From: Oligoflexia bacterium
GTDB taxonomy: Bacteria; Bdellovibrionota; Bdellovibrionia; JABDDW01
DNA length: 64,000 bases
Reading direction: 5' to 3'
Assembly: GCA_016715815.1 (NCBI GenBank)
Contig: JADJXN010000014.1
Span: forward strand, 171,767-235,766
The notes beneath the pieces are model-generated. The model was not told where the DNA came from. It did not search any database and saw nothing but the letters and a program-made list of their open reading frames with translations. Of this stretch, positions 40,085 through 50,038 are shown one piece after another. A program made the translations under genes and the position numbers. The first letter of the stretch is position 1. Each line of letters opens with the position of its first letter.

Positions 40085-41221
40085 ATGTATTTTGATAACC
40101 ACGCCACAACCCCAGTTGATCCACAGGTATTAGATGCTATGTTGCCTTATTTTAAAGAGCAATATGGTAACCCCGCCAGTGGAAATCACAAAAAGGGTTG
40201 GGATGCATTAAGTGCTTTAGAAGCGGCTAGAAAGCAAGTTGGTCAAATTATAGGGGCAAATGCTCAAGAAATTACCTTCACAAGTGGTGCCACCGAAAGT
40301 AACAATATTGCCCTTTTAGGTTTTGCTAGAGCTAATAAAGACTCAGGTAACCACGTAATAGTGAGTCAAATTGAGCATAAATCTGTTAAAGACACCGCTT
40401 TAAAACTAAAATCCGAAGGCTTTGATGTTAGTTTTGTAGAGTGCAACTCAAGTGGAATTGTAAGTGTTGAGAGCATTGAAAAAGTCATTACACCAAAAAC
40501 TATTCTTATATCCCTTCAGGCAGTTAATAATGAAATTGGTACAATTCAACCCCTTGAGGAAGTTGCAAAGTTAGCTGAGAAAAAAAATATCACACTTCAT
40601 ACTGATTTAAGTCAGGCGCTAACGACACTAAGTATAGATAAAAATAAAATACCCTTTGATTTAGCTACATGGACTGCACATAAAATGTATGGTCCCAAGG
40701 GGATTGGGGCACTTTTTGTTAGACAAAAATCTCCAAGAATTAAAATTGAACCACTCTTATTTGGCGGAGGGCATGAGAGAGGTTTACGCTCTGGAACTTT
40801 AAATATGCCAGCAATTATAGGTTTTGCCAAAGCTACGCAACTTGCTATTGAGAACAGAAATAAAGATTATGAGCATTTAAAAAATTTAAGAGATTTTATT
40901 TGGAAAAATTTAAGTCAAAAATTAAACGGATTAAAACTCAGTGGGGATTTAAACCAAAGACTAGCCAATAATTTAAACTTTGTTTTACCTGAAAATGTGA
41001 ATATGGAAGCTTTTTTAAAAAAAATATCTCCACTTTGTATTAGTACGGGCTCTGCCTGCACAACAGCTCAAATTGCAATTAGCCACGTATTAAAAGCCAT
41101 TGGGCGAACAGACCAAGAAGCTCAAAGAAGTGTGAGAATTGGCCTTGGAAGACAAAATACCTTTGAAGAAGCACAAAAAGCTGTAGATTTAATTGTTGAT
41201 GCCTGCTCTTTGAGAGCGTAA
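40085..41221 (+). CDS. cysteine desulfurase (class V aminotransferase; start placed at MYFDNHATTP, ORF track starts 40013)
   Basis: FDNHATTPVD N-terminus, PLP-Lys region TAHKMYGPKG, active-site Cys loop STGSACT. Confidence 0.85.
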   Translation: MYFDNHATTPVDPQVLDAMLPYFKEQYGNPASGNHKKGWDALSALEAARKQVGQIIGANAQEITFTSGATESNNIALLGFARANKDSGNHVIVSQIEHKSVKDTALKLKSEGFDVSFVECNSSGIVSVESIEKVITPKTILISLQAVNNEIGTIQPLEEVAKLAEKKNITLHTDLSQALTTLSIDKNKIPFDLATWTAHKMYGPKGIGALFVRQKSPRIKIEPLLFGGGHERGLRSGTLNMPAIIGFAKATQLAIENRNKDYEHLKNLRDFIWKNLSQKLNGLKLSGDLNQRLANNLNFVLPENVNMEAFLKKISPLCISTGSACTTAQIAISHVLKAIGRTDQEAQRSVRIGLGRQNTFEEAQKAVDLIVDACSLRA

Positions 41222-41233
41222 GTTGACCTTTAT

Positions 41234-42247
41234 ATGAAGATAGCCTTATTTCACGACTCTTTACTTCCCCCAAAAAACTACGGTGGAATTGAAAGAATTG
41301 TTGTCACTTTATCTGAAGAGTATGTGCGTCTGGGCCATGATGTTTGGGTTGTGTGTCGAGCTGGATCAAAGCTTTCGGAGCCTGTAAAAGTTATTGAAAT
41401 TCCAAAAAATTGGAACGGAAAAAATATTGAAGACATTATTCCCTCAGAGATTGAATTTATTCACTCGCACCAACCGCTAGTGGTAGAGCCAAAGCGGCCG
41501 TATTTAGTAACCATTCATGGTAATGGGCATTTAAAAGAAAAATATTTAGCAAACACAAATTTTTTGAGCCAAAGCCATGCTAAAAACCACAACTCCAAAA
41601 TCTTTGTTTTTAACGGGGTGGACCCAAAACGCTATAACTTTTTAGATCAAAAAGAAGATTATTATTTATTTTTAGCTAAAACCACCTGGAGAGTTAAAAA
41701 TTTAAAAACTGCTCTAAACTTCGCTAAAGATTTAAAAGTAAAATTAAAAATCATTGGCGGTAATGGCCCTTCAAATGAATTTGTTGAATATTTAGGTTTT
41801 GTTGATGATAAAATTAAAAACCAAGTTTTATCTAAAGCAAAAGCCCTTATTTACCCAACTAATTGGGATGAGCCTTGCGCAGCAGCACCCCTTGAAGCTT
41901 TAGCCTGTGGTACACCCGTTATAGCTACAAAAAATGGTTGTATGCCTGAAATGGTTGAGGATGGTATAACTGGAGTTCTTTGTGATAATTATTCTCAACT
42001 ACTAGCGGCGCCGGAGAAGTTAAAAACTGTTAGTTACACAAAGTGCCGTCAAAATGTAGAGCAATACTTTAGTGTGCAAAGAATGGCTGAGGATTATTTG
42101 AGTCTTTTTGGTGAAATTATTAAAAAGGGAAAACTAGTTTCAGAGACAGATTTACCAAGATATAATTTTAAAAAAGAGAGTGTTAAATATTTATTTAAAC
42201 CAACAATAAAGAATAAATTACAATTTTCCCTTTTAGGGAAAATTTAA
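41234..42247 (+). CDS. glycosyltransferase (GT-B fold, GT4-like)
   Basis: C-terminal EPCAAAPLEALACGTPVIAT resembles GT4 E-x7-E region. Confidence 0.6.
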   Translation: MKIALFHDSLLPPKNYGGIERIVVTLSEEYVRLGHDVWVVCRAGSKLSEPVKVIEIPKNWNGKNIEDIIPSEIEFIHSHQPLVVEPKRPYLVTIHGNGHLKEKYLANTNFLSQSHAKNHNSKIFVFNGVDPKRYNFLDQKEDYYLFLAKTTWRVKNLKTALNFAKDLKVKLKIIGGNGPSNEFVEYLGFVDDKIKNQVLSKAKALIYPTNWDEPCAAAPLEALACGTPVIATKNGCMPEMVEDGITGVLCDNYSQLLAAPEKLKTVSYTKCRQNVEQYFSVQRMAEDYLSLFGEIIKKGKLVSETDLPRYNFKKESVKYLFKPTIKNKLQFSLLGKI

Positions 42248-42261
42248 GAAAGAGAAGAGCT

Positions 42262-43212
42262 TTGAAGGTTATTGTTACAGGTGGAGCAGGTTTTATTGGA
42301 AGCCATCTTTGTTTAAGGCTTTTAGAAGCAGGCCAAGAAGTTATAGCTATTGATGATTTAAGCTTAGGGCAAAAAAAATATCTGGACCCATGTTTTAAAT
42401 TTAAAAAATTTAAATTTGTAAAAGAAGATTTAACAAAATTTAATAGAATTAAAAAATTTTTTAAAAATGTACATAGAGTTTGGCATTTAGCCGCCAATTC
42501 AGACATTTTAGCAGGGGCTAAATCAACAGATAGAGATTTAAAAATTGGAACCATTGCAACTTATAATGTTTTAGAAGCTGCAAGACTAAATAAAGTTAAG
42601 GAATTTGTTTTTTCATCAACAAGTGCTATTTATGGTGAGGCTGAGATTAAACCAACCCCTGAAAACTATGGCCCACTTTTACCAATTAGTTTTTACGGTG
42701 CAAGTAAACTTGCCTGCGAGGCTTTAGCTACAGCGTTTTCCCATAATTTTGAAATGAAGGTTTGGATTTACCGCTTTGCCAACATAGTTGGCCCGCATAC
42801 AACTCATGGAGTAATTCATGATTTTATTAAAAAACTGAAAAAAAATCCAAGAGAGCTTGCCATTTTAGGTAATGGCCAGCAGGCAAAAAGTTATTTACAC
42901 GTGAATGATTGCATAAATGCCATGATCTTTGGTTTAGAAAATGTATCTAATGAGGTTAATTTATTTAACCTTGCATCAAGTGGTGTTTGCCAAGTAGATA
43001 AAATTGCAGATTATGTCATTCAGGCTATGGGTCTAAAGGCCCAGAAGAAGTACTCAGGTGGAATTCAGGGTTGGAAAGGTGATGTGGCTCAGGTTAAAAT
43101 ATCAGCTGAGAAACTTCACAACTTAGGCTTTAAGCCCACGTATGACAGTGAAGCGGCAGTAAAACTTGCGATAAGTGAAATTTTAAACGATAAAAAATAT
43201 GGAATGAATTAA
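42262..43212 (+). CDS. NAD-dependent sugar epimerase/dehydratase (SDR family)
   Basis: Rossmann motif VTGGAGFIGSHL; YxxxK present (YGASKLACE). Confidence 0.8.
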   Translation: MKVIVTGGAGFIGSHLCLRLLEAGQEVIAIDDLSLGQKKYLDPCFKFKKFKFVKEDLTKFNRIKKFFKNVHRVWHLAANSDILAGAKSTDRDLKIGTIATYNVLEAARLNKVKEFVFSSTSAIYGEAEIKPTPENYGPLLPISFYGASKLACEALATAFSHNFEMKVWIYRFANIVGPHTTHGVIHDFIKKLKKNPRELAILGNGQQAKSYLHVNDCINAMIFGLENVSNEVNLFNLASSGVCQVDKIADYVIQAMGLKAQKKYSGGIQGWKGDVAQVKISAEKLHNLGFKPTYDSEAAVKLAISEILNDKKYGMN

Positions 43213-43943
43213 TGCATAAACCACAAGTTGTCATTTTAGCAGGGGGACTGGGAACACGTTTAGGAGATATAACAAAAGAAATTCCTAAACCAATGGTTTT
43301 AGTTTCTGGAAAGCCATTTTTAGAATGGCAAATTGAGCATTTAAAAAAGCATGGTTTTACAAAAATTCTTCTTTTAACAGGTTATAAATCAGAACAGATT
43401 AAAAGTTATTTTGATAACGGTAAAAAATGGGGTGTTGAAATTGAATATAGTGTTGAAAAAGATCAAATGGGTACAGGTGGCGCTCTTTTACAAGCAAGGT
43501 ATCAACTAGAGGGAGATTTTTTATTATTATTTGGAGATAGTTTTTTACCGGTGGATTACCAGGGTATGCTAGCCATGCTTGACCACAATACCGATGTTGT
43601 CATGGCCGTTTATAATAATAAAGAAGACACAGGCGTTCCGTTTAATGTTTCTATAAATACAAACTTTTTTGTAGATACTTATTATAAAGAAGGGCTCTCT
43701 CTTCCAAAGCCTGAAAAGCCTTTAAAATATGTTGAAGCAGGCGCTTATTTAGTAAGAAAAAATGTGATCGCAGGGCAATCTTTAAAGTATTGTTCTTTTG
43801 AAGCTGAAATTTTAAAAGGTGTAATTAAAATGCATCGGATGAAGGCTTGGATTTCAGATTCGCGCTTTTATGATATTGGAACACCTGAGAGATTAAAATT
43901 ATTTGAAAGGAAGATTCGTGATTATTTCCCGAACGCCCTTTAG
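43212..43943 (+). CDS. sugar-1-phosphate nucleotidyltransferase (heptose/mannose-1-P guanylyl/cytidylyltransferase-like)
   Basis: N-terminal VVILAGGLGTRL nucleotide-binding motif. Confidence 0.75.
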   Translation: MHKPQVVILAGGLGTRLGDITKEIPKPMVLVSGKPFLEWQIEHLKKHGFTKILLLTGYKSEQIKSYFDNGKKWGVEIEYSVEKDQMGTGGALLQARYQLEGDFLLLFGDSFLPVDYQGMLAMLDHNTDVVMAVYNNKEDTGVPFNVSINTNFFVDTYYKEGLSLPKPEKPLKYVEAGAYLVRKNVIAGQSLKYCSFEAEILKGVIKMHRMKAWISDSRFYDIGTPERLKLFERKIRDYFPNAL

Positions 43944-44889
43944 ATTAAGTTTTGCCGGTGGTGGTTCAGATCTTGCTTCTTTTTACCAAAATCAAGAAGG
44001 GGCTGTGATTTCAACAGCCATTAATAAATACATGCACATTACTGTTAATAAGCGTTTTGATAACACCATACGCTTGAGTTATTCAAAAACAGAAATTTGC
44101 CAAAATGTAGATGAAATTGAACATAAAATTTTTAAGCACGTATTACAAAAATATGCCCCAGAGGGGGGGCTTGAGATTATTTCCATGGCTGATATTCCAT
44201 CAGGCACAGGGCTTGGTTCAAGCTCAAGCTTTACAGTAGCCCTCCTTCATGCTCTTAAAGGGTATAAAGGGATAATGGCTACTCAAGATGTGTTGGCAGA
44301 AGAAGCTTGTGATATTGAAATTGAAAAACTTCATGAGCCCATTGGCAAACAAGACCAATACATTGCTGCTTTTGGAGGGTTACAATTTATTCGCTTTTTG
44401 CCAAACGGAAAAGTTTTTGTTGAGCCTGTTGTATGCCTTGATAGTACAAAAAAAGAGCTTGAGGCAAGTTGTATGATGTTTTTTACAGGTCTCACTCGTG
44501 ATGCAAAAACCATTTTAAGCGAGCAAAAAACCAATACCACTGCAAAAACAGAGGTTTTAAAAGAAATGGTTAGTCATGCCCATGAGCTGAAAAAAATCTT
44601 AGAACAGGGTAAAGACTTAAAGCGCTTTGGTGAAATTTTAAACCAATCTTGGGAGCTTAAAAAAACCATGGCTTCAAACGTAAGTAACCCTCAAATAGAC
44701 CAGTGGTATGGCCAAGCTCTAGAAGCAGGGGCTTTGGGGGGTAAAATTTTAGGTGCTGGTGGCGGGGGCTTTCTTATGTTATTTTGCGAGCCTAAAAAGC
44801 AAATGAGGGTCAAAGAGGCATTAAAAAGCTTAAAAGTTTTTAATACCCAATTAGAGCCTCAAGGTAGTAGAATTATTTTTGTTGGTTAA
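43903..44889 (+). CDS. GHMP-family sugar kinase (D-glycero-D-manno-heptose 7-phosphate kinase-like); start may be GTG 43918
   Basis: GHMP ATP-binding motif PSGTGLGSSSS; context with SIS isomerase and nucleotidyltransferase. Confidence 0.75.
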   Translation: MKGRFVIISRTPFRLSFAGGGSDLASFYQNQEGAVISTAINKYMHITVNKRFDNTIRLSYSKTEICQNVDEIEHKIFKHVLQKYAPEGGLEIISMADIPSGTGLGSSSSFTVALLHALKGYKGIMATQDVLAEEACDIEIEKLHEPIGKQDQYIAAFGGLQFIRFLPNGKVFVEPVVCLDSTKKELEASCMMFFTGLTRDAKTILSEQKTNTTAKTEVLKEMVSHAHELKKILEQGKDLKRFGEILNQSWELKKTMASNVSNPQIDQWYGQALEAGALGGKILGAGGGGFLMLFCEPKKQMRVKEALKSLKVFNTQLEPQGSRIIFVG

Positions 44890-44912
44890 TTTTTTTAAAG
44901 GCAAGGTTAGTT

Positions 44913-45482
44913 TTGGAAGTAAAAGATTTTACAGAGAAATACTTAGAAGAAGCCCATAAGATTTTTGATATTTATAAAGGCCCTGAATTTGCCAAAGCCA
45001 TGGATTTAATGTGGCAGGCCTATAATGACAACAAACAGGTTTTTATTTTTGGCAATGGCGGATCAGCAGGCACCGCTCAGCACATGGTTAATGATCTTTC
45101 TAAAGGCACAAGCGTTGAGGGTAAAAAAAGGCTTCGTGTGATTGGTTTGGCAGATAATATGAGTTTATTAACAGCCTATGCTAATGATTGTGGGTATGAA
45201 GTAGTATTTGAGGAGCAATTAAAAAATTTATTAAACCCTGGGGATATTTGTATTGCTATTTCAGCAAGTGGGAATTCCCCAAATGTTGTTAAAGCGGTAG
45301 AGTATGCTCGTAAAAATAGCGCTAAAGTTATTGGCCTTGTTGGTTTTAGTGGTGGCAAACTAAAACCTTTAAGTGATGTTGCCATTTATTTTGAAACATA
45401 TAATTACGGAATTTGTGAAGATGCTCAGCTTATGTTTTCTCATTTAAGCTCACAATTTTTACATCAAAGAATTAAAGGTTAA
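44913..45482 (+). CDS. gmhA: SIS-domain phosphoheptose isomerase
   Basis: FGNGGSAGTAQH and ISASGNSPNV SIS motifs. Confidence 0.75.
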   Translation: MEVKDFTEKYLEEAHKIFDIYKGPEFAKAMDLMWQAYNDNKQVFIFGNGGSAGTAQHMVNDLSKGTSVEGKKRLRVIGLADNMSLLTAYANDCGYEVVFEEQLKNLLNPGDICIAISASGNSPNVVKAVEYARKNSAKVIGLVGFSGGKLKPLSDVAIYFETYNYGICEDAQLMFSHLSSQFLHQRIKG

Positions 45483-45851
45483 ATGCTTTACGGGGAAGAA
45501 ATAATTAAAAATGCCAAGCTTGAAGCCTTTGATAATAGAACAACCCATAGACGCTATTGGGTAGAGTTTGATTGCCCCGAGTTTACTTGCGTTTGTCCCA
45601 AAAGTGGGTTTCCTGATTTTGCGACGATCAAAATCCGCTACTCTCCTGATAAAAAATGTGTGGAATTAAAAAGTCTAAAACTTTATATCAATGGTTTTCG
45701 GGATAAAAAAGTATTCCACGAAGATGTAACCAACAACATTATGGATGATTTAATAATGCTCCTTGACCCTTGGGAAATTGAAGTGATTGGGGACTTTAAT
45801 GTTCGAGGGAACATTAAAACCGTTATCAAAGCGCACCACAAAAAGGGCTGA
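45483..45851 (+). CDS. queF: NADPH-dependent 7-cyano-7-deazaguanine reductase
   Basis: QueF motif EFTCVCPKSGFPDF and downstream E(S/L)K...H region. Confidence 0.85.
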   Translation: MLYGEEIIKNAKLEAFDNRTTHRRYWVEFDCPEFTCVCPKSGFPDFATIKIRYSPDKKCVELKSLKLYINGFRDKKVFHEDVTNNIMDDLIMLLDPWEIEVIGDFNVRGNIKTVIKAHHKKG

Positions 45852-45962
45852 TCAGAGTCATTTTTACACCACATGCAAACTCCTGTAATTGTTAAATAAG
45901 TTTTAAAGTTGGCAAAGCCTTTGCTATAAACACTCTCGTTAACCAAAAGAAAAGCCTACCAA

Positions 45963-46847
45963 ATGGGAGGAAAAATGAAAACATTTTTAATTTTAACAGT
46001 TTTACTAAGTACACAGTTAAGTTTTGCTAGCGATTGTAGCTCTCGCCGCGGTTCAAGTGGAGGGGGTGCTGTAATTGGCGGAATTATTGGTGGCATTATT
46101 GGCCATCAAATTGGCAGTGGCCGCGGAAATGACGTAGCCACAGTTGTTGGTGCCATTGGTGGGGCTATCATTGGTGGAGAACTTGGTTGTGAGATGGAAG
46201 AGCGAGAGATGCAAGAGATTTCAAGAGTACATAGAGAGTACGCTTGGAGTAATGAGCCCTACGCGCGCCGCTGGAGTACAAACCGCTTTGATGGCGAAAT
46301 TAGCTATGGCCGTCGTGGACATTATTCTTACAACCGCAACCGTTTAAACTGCCGCGAGTATACAAGTGTAGTTCGCTATTATGGCCGTACAGAAACAACT
46401 TATGGAGTTGTTTGCCAATACCCAGATGGGTCTTATAGAGATGTTGAAAGCCGTAGTGTGACTTATATTTCTGATGAGTACCCAGCTCCTAGAAAACCAA
46501 ATTATAATAGAGGCAGAAGTAGTTACCAAAGGCCATACAGAGCTGGTGTTTTAACTGAAGCAGAATTTTTTGATGTAAAAAGTAGTGTTGATCGTGAATC
46601 AAGCGATTACTATAAAGTTGAGGTAATTAAAACACGGGTGAGATACTTAAATTCCATCAATAAACAAATTACTCTGGGACAAACTGCTGTATTAGTAAGT
46701 ACAATTAGTAGCGACTATTATAAACTTCAAGCTGTAAAAGCATTAAAGCCAGTTATATTGCCAAATAGCGGTAGTTATGACGATGTTGTGAGTACAATTA
46801 GTAGCCAATACTATAGAAGTGAGGCTTTAAAAGTACTTTTAAATTAA
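45963..46847 (+). CDS. secreted glycine-zipper protein with C-terminal triple YYK repeat
   Basis: Signal peptide, GGxIGGIIGGIIG glycine zipper, three SxYYKxxAxKxL repeats. Confidence 0.6.
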   Translation: MGGKMKTFLILTVLLSTQLSFASDCSSRRGSSGGGAVIGGIIGGIIGHQIGSGRGNDVATVVGAIGGAIIGGELGCEMEEREMQEISRVHREYAWSNEPYARRWSTNRFDGEISYGRRGHYSYNRNRLNCREYTSVVRYYGRTETTYGVVCQYPDGSYRDVESRSVTYISDEYPAPRKPNYNRGRSSYQRPYRAGVLTEAEFFDVKSSVDRESSDYYKVEVIKTRVRYLNSINKQITLGQTAVLVSTISSDYYKLQAVKALKPVILPNSGSYDDVVSTISSQYYRSEALKVLLN

Positions 46848-48460
46848 ACATAAACCCAAAAGCCCTTCATGACGGTGTTTCTCTCTAAGGGGAACTCAAA
46901 ATCAAGTGGAGGGTGGGTTTTTTCAATACGAATATAGCTTAGGCCGGCATCAAGAGCGGCCTTTTCTATTTTTAAAGCTACATCAGAGCTTTCAAGGCCC
47001 TCATCATTAAAAGTAAGTAATAACCTGCCTTCTTGTTCTAAGCATAAAAAGGCATTTTTTAATAATTCTTCAATTTGCTCACTTAATTTAAAAGTGCCAT
47101 GCTTTCCTCTGGAAAATGTGGGGGGATCAATAATAATTAAATCAAATTTTCTTTTTCTGCGTACACAAGCTTGTAGGAAAAACAAACTATCAGCGGTGAA
47201 GAATTCATATTTGTCAGGGTCTAAATCATTAAGCTTAAAATTATTTTTACCCCACTCTAAAGAGCTTTGTGAGGTATCAACACTGACAACTTCAGCTGCA
47301 CCACCAAGGGCTGCACATAAGCTAAACCCGCAGGTGTAGCTAAAAAAATTGGCTACTTTTTTCCCATGTGTTGATTGCAGAATTTCTAGTCTGTGATCTC
47401 TTTGATCTAAAAATAAACCAGCACTCATGCCTTGGGCGTGGCGCATATCAAAATTTATGTCATTTTCTTTTATTTGCCACTGTAGTGGCATATTAGTTGA
47501 TGCTTGAATATTTATTTTAGTTTCTTCATTTAGGTTTTTTATATTTCCTCTTTCTTGCATTTGCCTAATAAACCAATATTTGGTGTTTGAAACGTTCATA
47601 AAAAAATCAATCAAACTTTCAGATAGGCTTTCATTGGTTTGGGAATAATTCATGATTTGTAAAACATCACCAAGTTTTTCAATGCAGAGTTTATTTTTCT
47701 CAAACCATTCACGATGCATAAGCCTATAGGAATTAGTTTTTTCAAAAAATAAAAAACGGCGGCGATCTAAGCTTATTAAAAACTGCATGGCAAGTGTGCG
47801 ATCTGCTTTATGAAGATTTAAAAATTTTTTTTCTAATTCTTGATCCATTAAAAATGCTTGCGGCAAGGGGGAATTAATTTTTGTTTTATCTATTTGAAGT
47901 TCATAAGAGTGTAACATAAGCCTTGGGTACGCAGCTCCCCCGTGAAGTGGATCACCTAAAATGGGAATGCCAGAAGCCTCAGCGTGAATTCTGATTTGAT
48001 GGGTTTTGCCGGAGTGAATTTCAGCCTCATATATAAAACCTAAAGAATTTTTGCCTATTTTAGCAAATGTGGTGTGGCTATTATTTTCCCCTTTAACTAA
48101 GCCAAATTTATGATTACCTGTTTTTTCTATGCGGCCTTCATAGGACCAAAGGTTTTGCTTAAATTCATTCTCAGAGATTAAAACATATTTCTTAACACTC
48201 TCTTTGAGCTTATTACTCCAAGGCTCAACCCCCTCAGCATTTGTGGTGCAAAGAAGACACCCTGATGTGGTGTTATCAAGCCTGTGTACGGCCCAAAGCT
48301 TTTCACCCAAAAGCTTTTCACAAACCTCTGTAAAGCCAAGCGTTGCACCACTGTCAGGCGTATGGGTAGACATGCCTGCAGGCTTGTCTAAAATAATGGC
48401 AGATTCGAAGCTGCGTAGAATCATATTTATTTTCTCTGTAATATTAGAAAGATACTGCAC
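46844..48460 (-). CDS. fusion protein: RluA-family pseudouridine synthase (N) + RlmI-like class I SAM methyltransferase (C)
   Basis: N-terminal HRLDNTTSGCLL (PUS catalytic Asp motif); C-terminal GLFLDQRDHR, SYTCGFS, IIIDPPTF. Confidence 0.75.
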   Translation of the reverse strand: MQYLSNITEKINMILRSFESAIILDKPAGMSTHTPDSGATLGFTEVCEKLLGEKLWAVHRLDNTTSGCLLCTTNAEGVEPWSNKLKESVKKYVLISENEFKQNLWSYEGRIEKTGNHKFGLVKGENNSHTTFAKIGKNSLGFIYEAEIHSGKTHQIRIHAEASGIPILGDPLHGGAAYPRLMLHSYELQIDKTKINSPLPQAFLMDQELEKKFLNLHKADRTLAMQFLISLDRRRFLFFEKTNSYRLMHREWFEKNKLCIEKLGDVLQIMNYSQTNESLSESLIDFFMNVSNTKYWFIRQMQERGNIKNLNEETKINIQASTNMPLQWQIKENDINFDMRHAQGMSAGLFLDQRDHRLEILQSTHGKKVANFFSYTCGFSLCAALGGAAEVVSVDTSQSSLEWGKNNFKLNDLDPDKYEFFTADSLFFLQACVRRKRKFDLIIIDPPTFSRGKHGTFKLSEQIEELLKNAFLCLEQEGRLLLTFNDEGLESSDVALKIEKAALDAGLSYIRIEKTHPPLDFEFPLERNTVMKGFWVYV

Positions 48461-48671
48461 TTGGGCTATATTGTCTTTAAGGTTTTTTTTAAAAATCTTA
48501 AATATTTCTTAAATTTTGCTTTACCTGGTTTGGATTATTCTTTCTAATAATTGTAGGGGAAGTTTTTAACTTAGAAACTGCAGGGAGAGGGGTTTACGAG
48601 AAAAGTTTGGATAGAACTAGCTCGGTGCCCATGGATGGGCAATCTCTCTATAATAAAATAAACCAAGGTAC

Positions 48672-49151
48672 ATGACCAAAAAGCAAATCCAAGATAATAA
48701 AGAGTTAGTATTTCAAAAAGTAGGCATTTTTGTTGATGCTGAAAATATTGAAACCTCAGGACTAAAACACCACGGCGGAAGAACTGATTATAAAAAAATT
48801 CTTGAAAACGTTGGTGATAGAGAAATTTTAAGAATTATTTATTACAAGCCTGAGTTTAAAGAAATGTCTGAGGATTTTATTTCCTTTTGGAAAAGCCTAG
48901 GTGGGGAGATTAAGCGCCCAGCTAAAAATGCAGATTGCTTTTTAATTATTGATGCAGTCACCATGGCAGAAAAGCTAGATGTAGCTATAATTTTAGGTGG
49001 TGATAAAGACTACATGCCTTTAATTTGGTATTTAAAATCCAGAGGCTGCCGTGTGGAGATTTGGTCTTGGCCAGAAGCTACAAGCCAAGACATGAAAGAA
49101 GCTGCTGATATTTTTATTCCGTTAAATAAATCATTTATTTTTGCTAGATAA
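48672..49151 (+). CDS. NYN/LabA-like domain protein (PIN-like predicted RNase)
   Basis: VGIFVDAENI ... LIIDAVTMAEK ... ILGGDKDYMPL acidic motif pattern of NYN domains. Confidence 0.7.
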   Translation: MTKKQIQDNKELVFQKVGIFVDAENIETSGLKHHGGRTDYKKILENVGDREILRIIYYKPEFKEMSEDFISFWKSLGGEIKRPAKNADCFLIIDAVTMAEKLDVAIILGGDKDYMPLIWYLKSRGCRVEIWSWPEATSQDMKEAADIFIPLNKSFIFAR

Positions 49152-49157
49152 TATTAA

Positions 49158-49415
49158 TTAGTTTGGCTTTTTAGTAAGTACAAGCCAGGTATGCCCAAAC
49201 TGTTCAACTGCCAATTGGTTTGCCCAATTTTTTAAAGGGCTTTGCTCTGATATTTTTTTAAAAAGTGCTATGAGCTCTGTTAACTCTTCACCTTGTTTAA
49301 GGGCAATGGCAAAGTTTTGAGCAGCCTCTGTGTCAGTCTTTGGCTTAAGAGTATTAGCCAAGGATATGTTTGCTGTAATTATAACGCTAAGAAAGAATGT
49401 AAATTGGTATTTCAT
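49158..49415 (-). CDS. small secreted hypothetical protein
   Basis: ORF with signal peptide only. Confidence 0.35.
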   Translation of the reverse strand: MKYQFTFFLSVIITANISLANTLKPKTDTEAAQNFAIALKQGEELTELIALFKKISEQSPLKNWANQLAVEQFGHTWLVLTKKPN

Positions 49416-49529
49416 ATGCTTTACTTATTGTAATGAATTAGACTCTTAAAGGGAGGCCAGAGGTGAATTGTGGCCTAAAATCTTGACTTAAGCATGAGTC
49501 TAGTCCAGATTCTTAAGATTCTCTCAAAT

Positions 49530-49606
49530 GCGGCAGTAGCTCAATTGGATAGAGCATCAGACTTCGGATCTGAGGGTTGAGGGTTCAAGTCCTTCCTGCC
49601 GCGCCA
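49530..49606 (+). tRNA. tRNA-Arg, anticodon TCG, with encoded CCA
   Basis: Hand-folded cloverleaf: acceptor GCGGCAG/CTGCCGC, D-stem GCTC/GAGC, anticodon stem TCAGA/TCTGA, loop CTTCGGA, T-loop TTCAAGT, discriminator G, CCA. Confidence 0.9.
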
Positions 49607-50020
49607 ATCAATAAGCCCTTTATAAGCTTGGTTTAGCTCATCCAAAGTCATTATAGAAAGTTTTGAATTTTTAAAGCATGTAATACCAAAAAGTTTTTTT
49701 GAATCTGTCATTTCTAAGTGGTGAGCGTTAATTTCGTAATGCTCCATGAGTTGTAAAACATAAACATCAGATTCTAATTTTTGACTTGGAATGTAAAATG
49801 AGCACACAATCTTTCTTCTAGCAACAGCTAGATCTGCATCAAATCCGGGGCTTTGTTTAACCCCATTTATAATCCAGCCTTTTTCAGCAGAAACGCTTTC
49901 TAGTACTTCTTTATTTAAAATTTTTGCGTAAAGCTCGCCTCTTTTAACTTGGGTAAGAGGTAAACTGTCTAATGCAAGTGAATGCTGAGCTACCAATAAA
50001 AGAATAATTAAAATTTTCAT
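49541..50020 (-). CDS. secreted hypothetical protein; last 22 codons are antisense to the tRNA
   Basis: ORF with signal peptide; C-terminal tail WRGRKDLNPQPSDPKSDALSN is the reverse complement of the tRNA. Confidence 0.45.
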   Translation of the reverse strand: MKILIILLLVAQHSLALDSLPLTQVKRGELYAKILNKEVLESVSAEKGWIINGVKQSPGFDADLAVARRKIVCSFYIPSQKLESDVYVLQLMEHYEINAHHLEMTDSKKLFGITCFKNSKLSIMTLDELNQAYKGLIDWRGRKDLNPQPSDPKSDALSN

Positions 50021-50038
50021 AAATTTTTAGTCCTTACT

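Noticed and set aside
45852-45962. preQ1 riboswitch near queF
   Set aside because: queF starts one nucleotide after gmhA stop, leaving no leader; the downstream gap has only a weak palindrome (gcaaagcctttgc) and no recognisable riboswitch core.
49483-49529. Promoter for tRNA-Arg
   Set aside because: A TTGACT is present at 49483-49488 but no acceptable -10 hexamer lies at 16-18 bp spacing; not reported as a feature.
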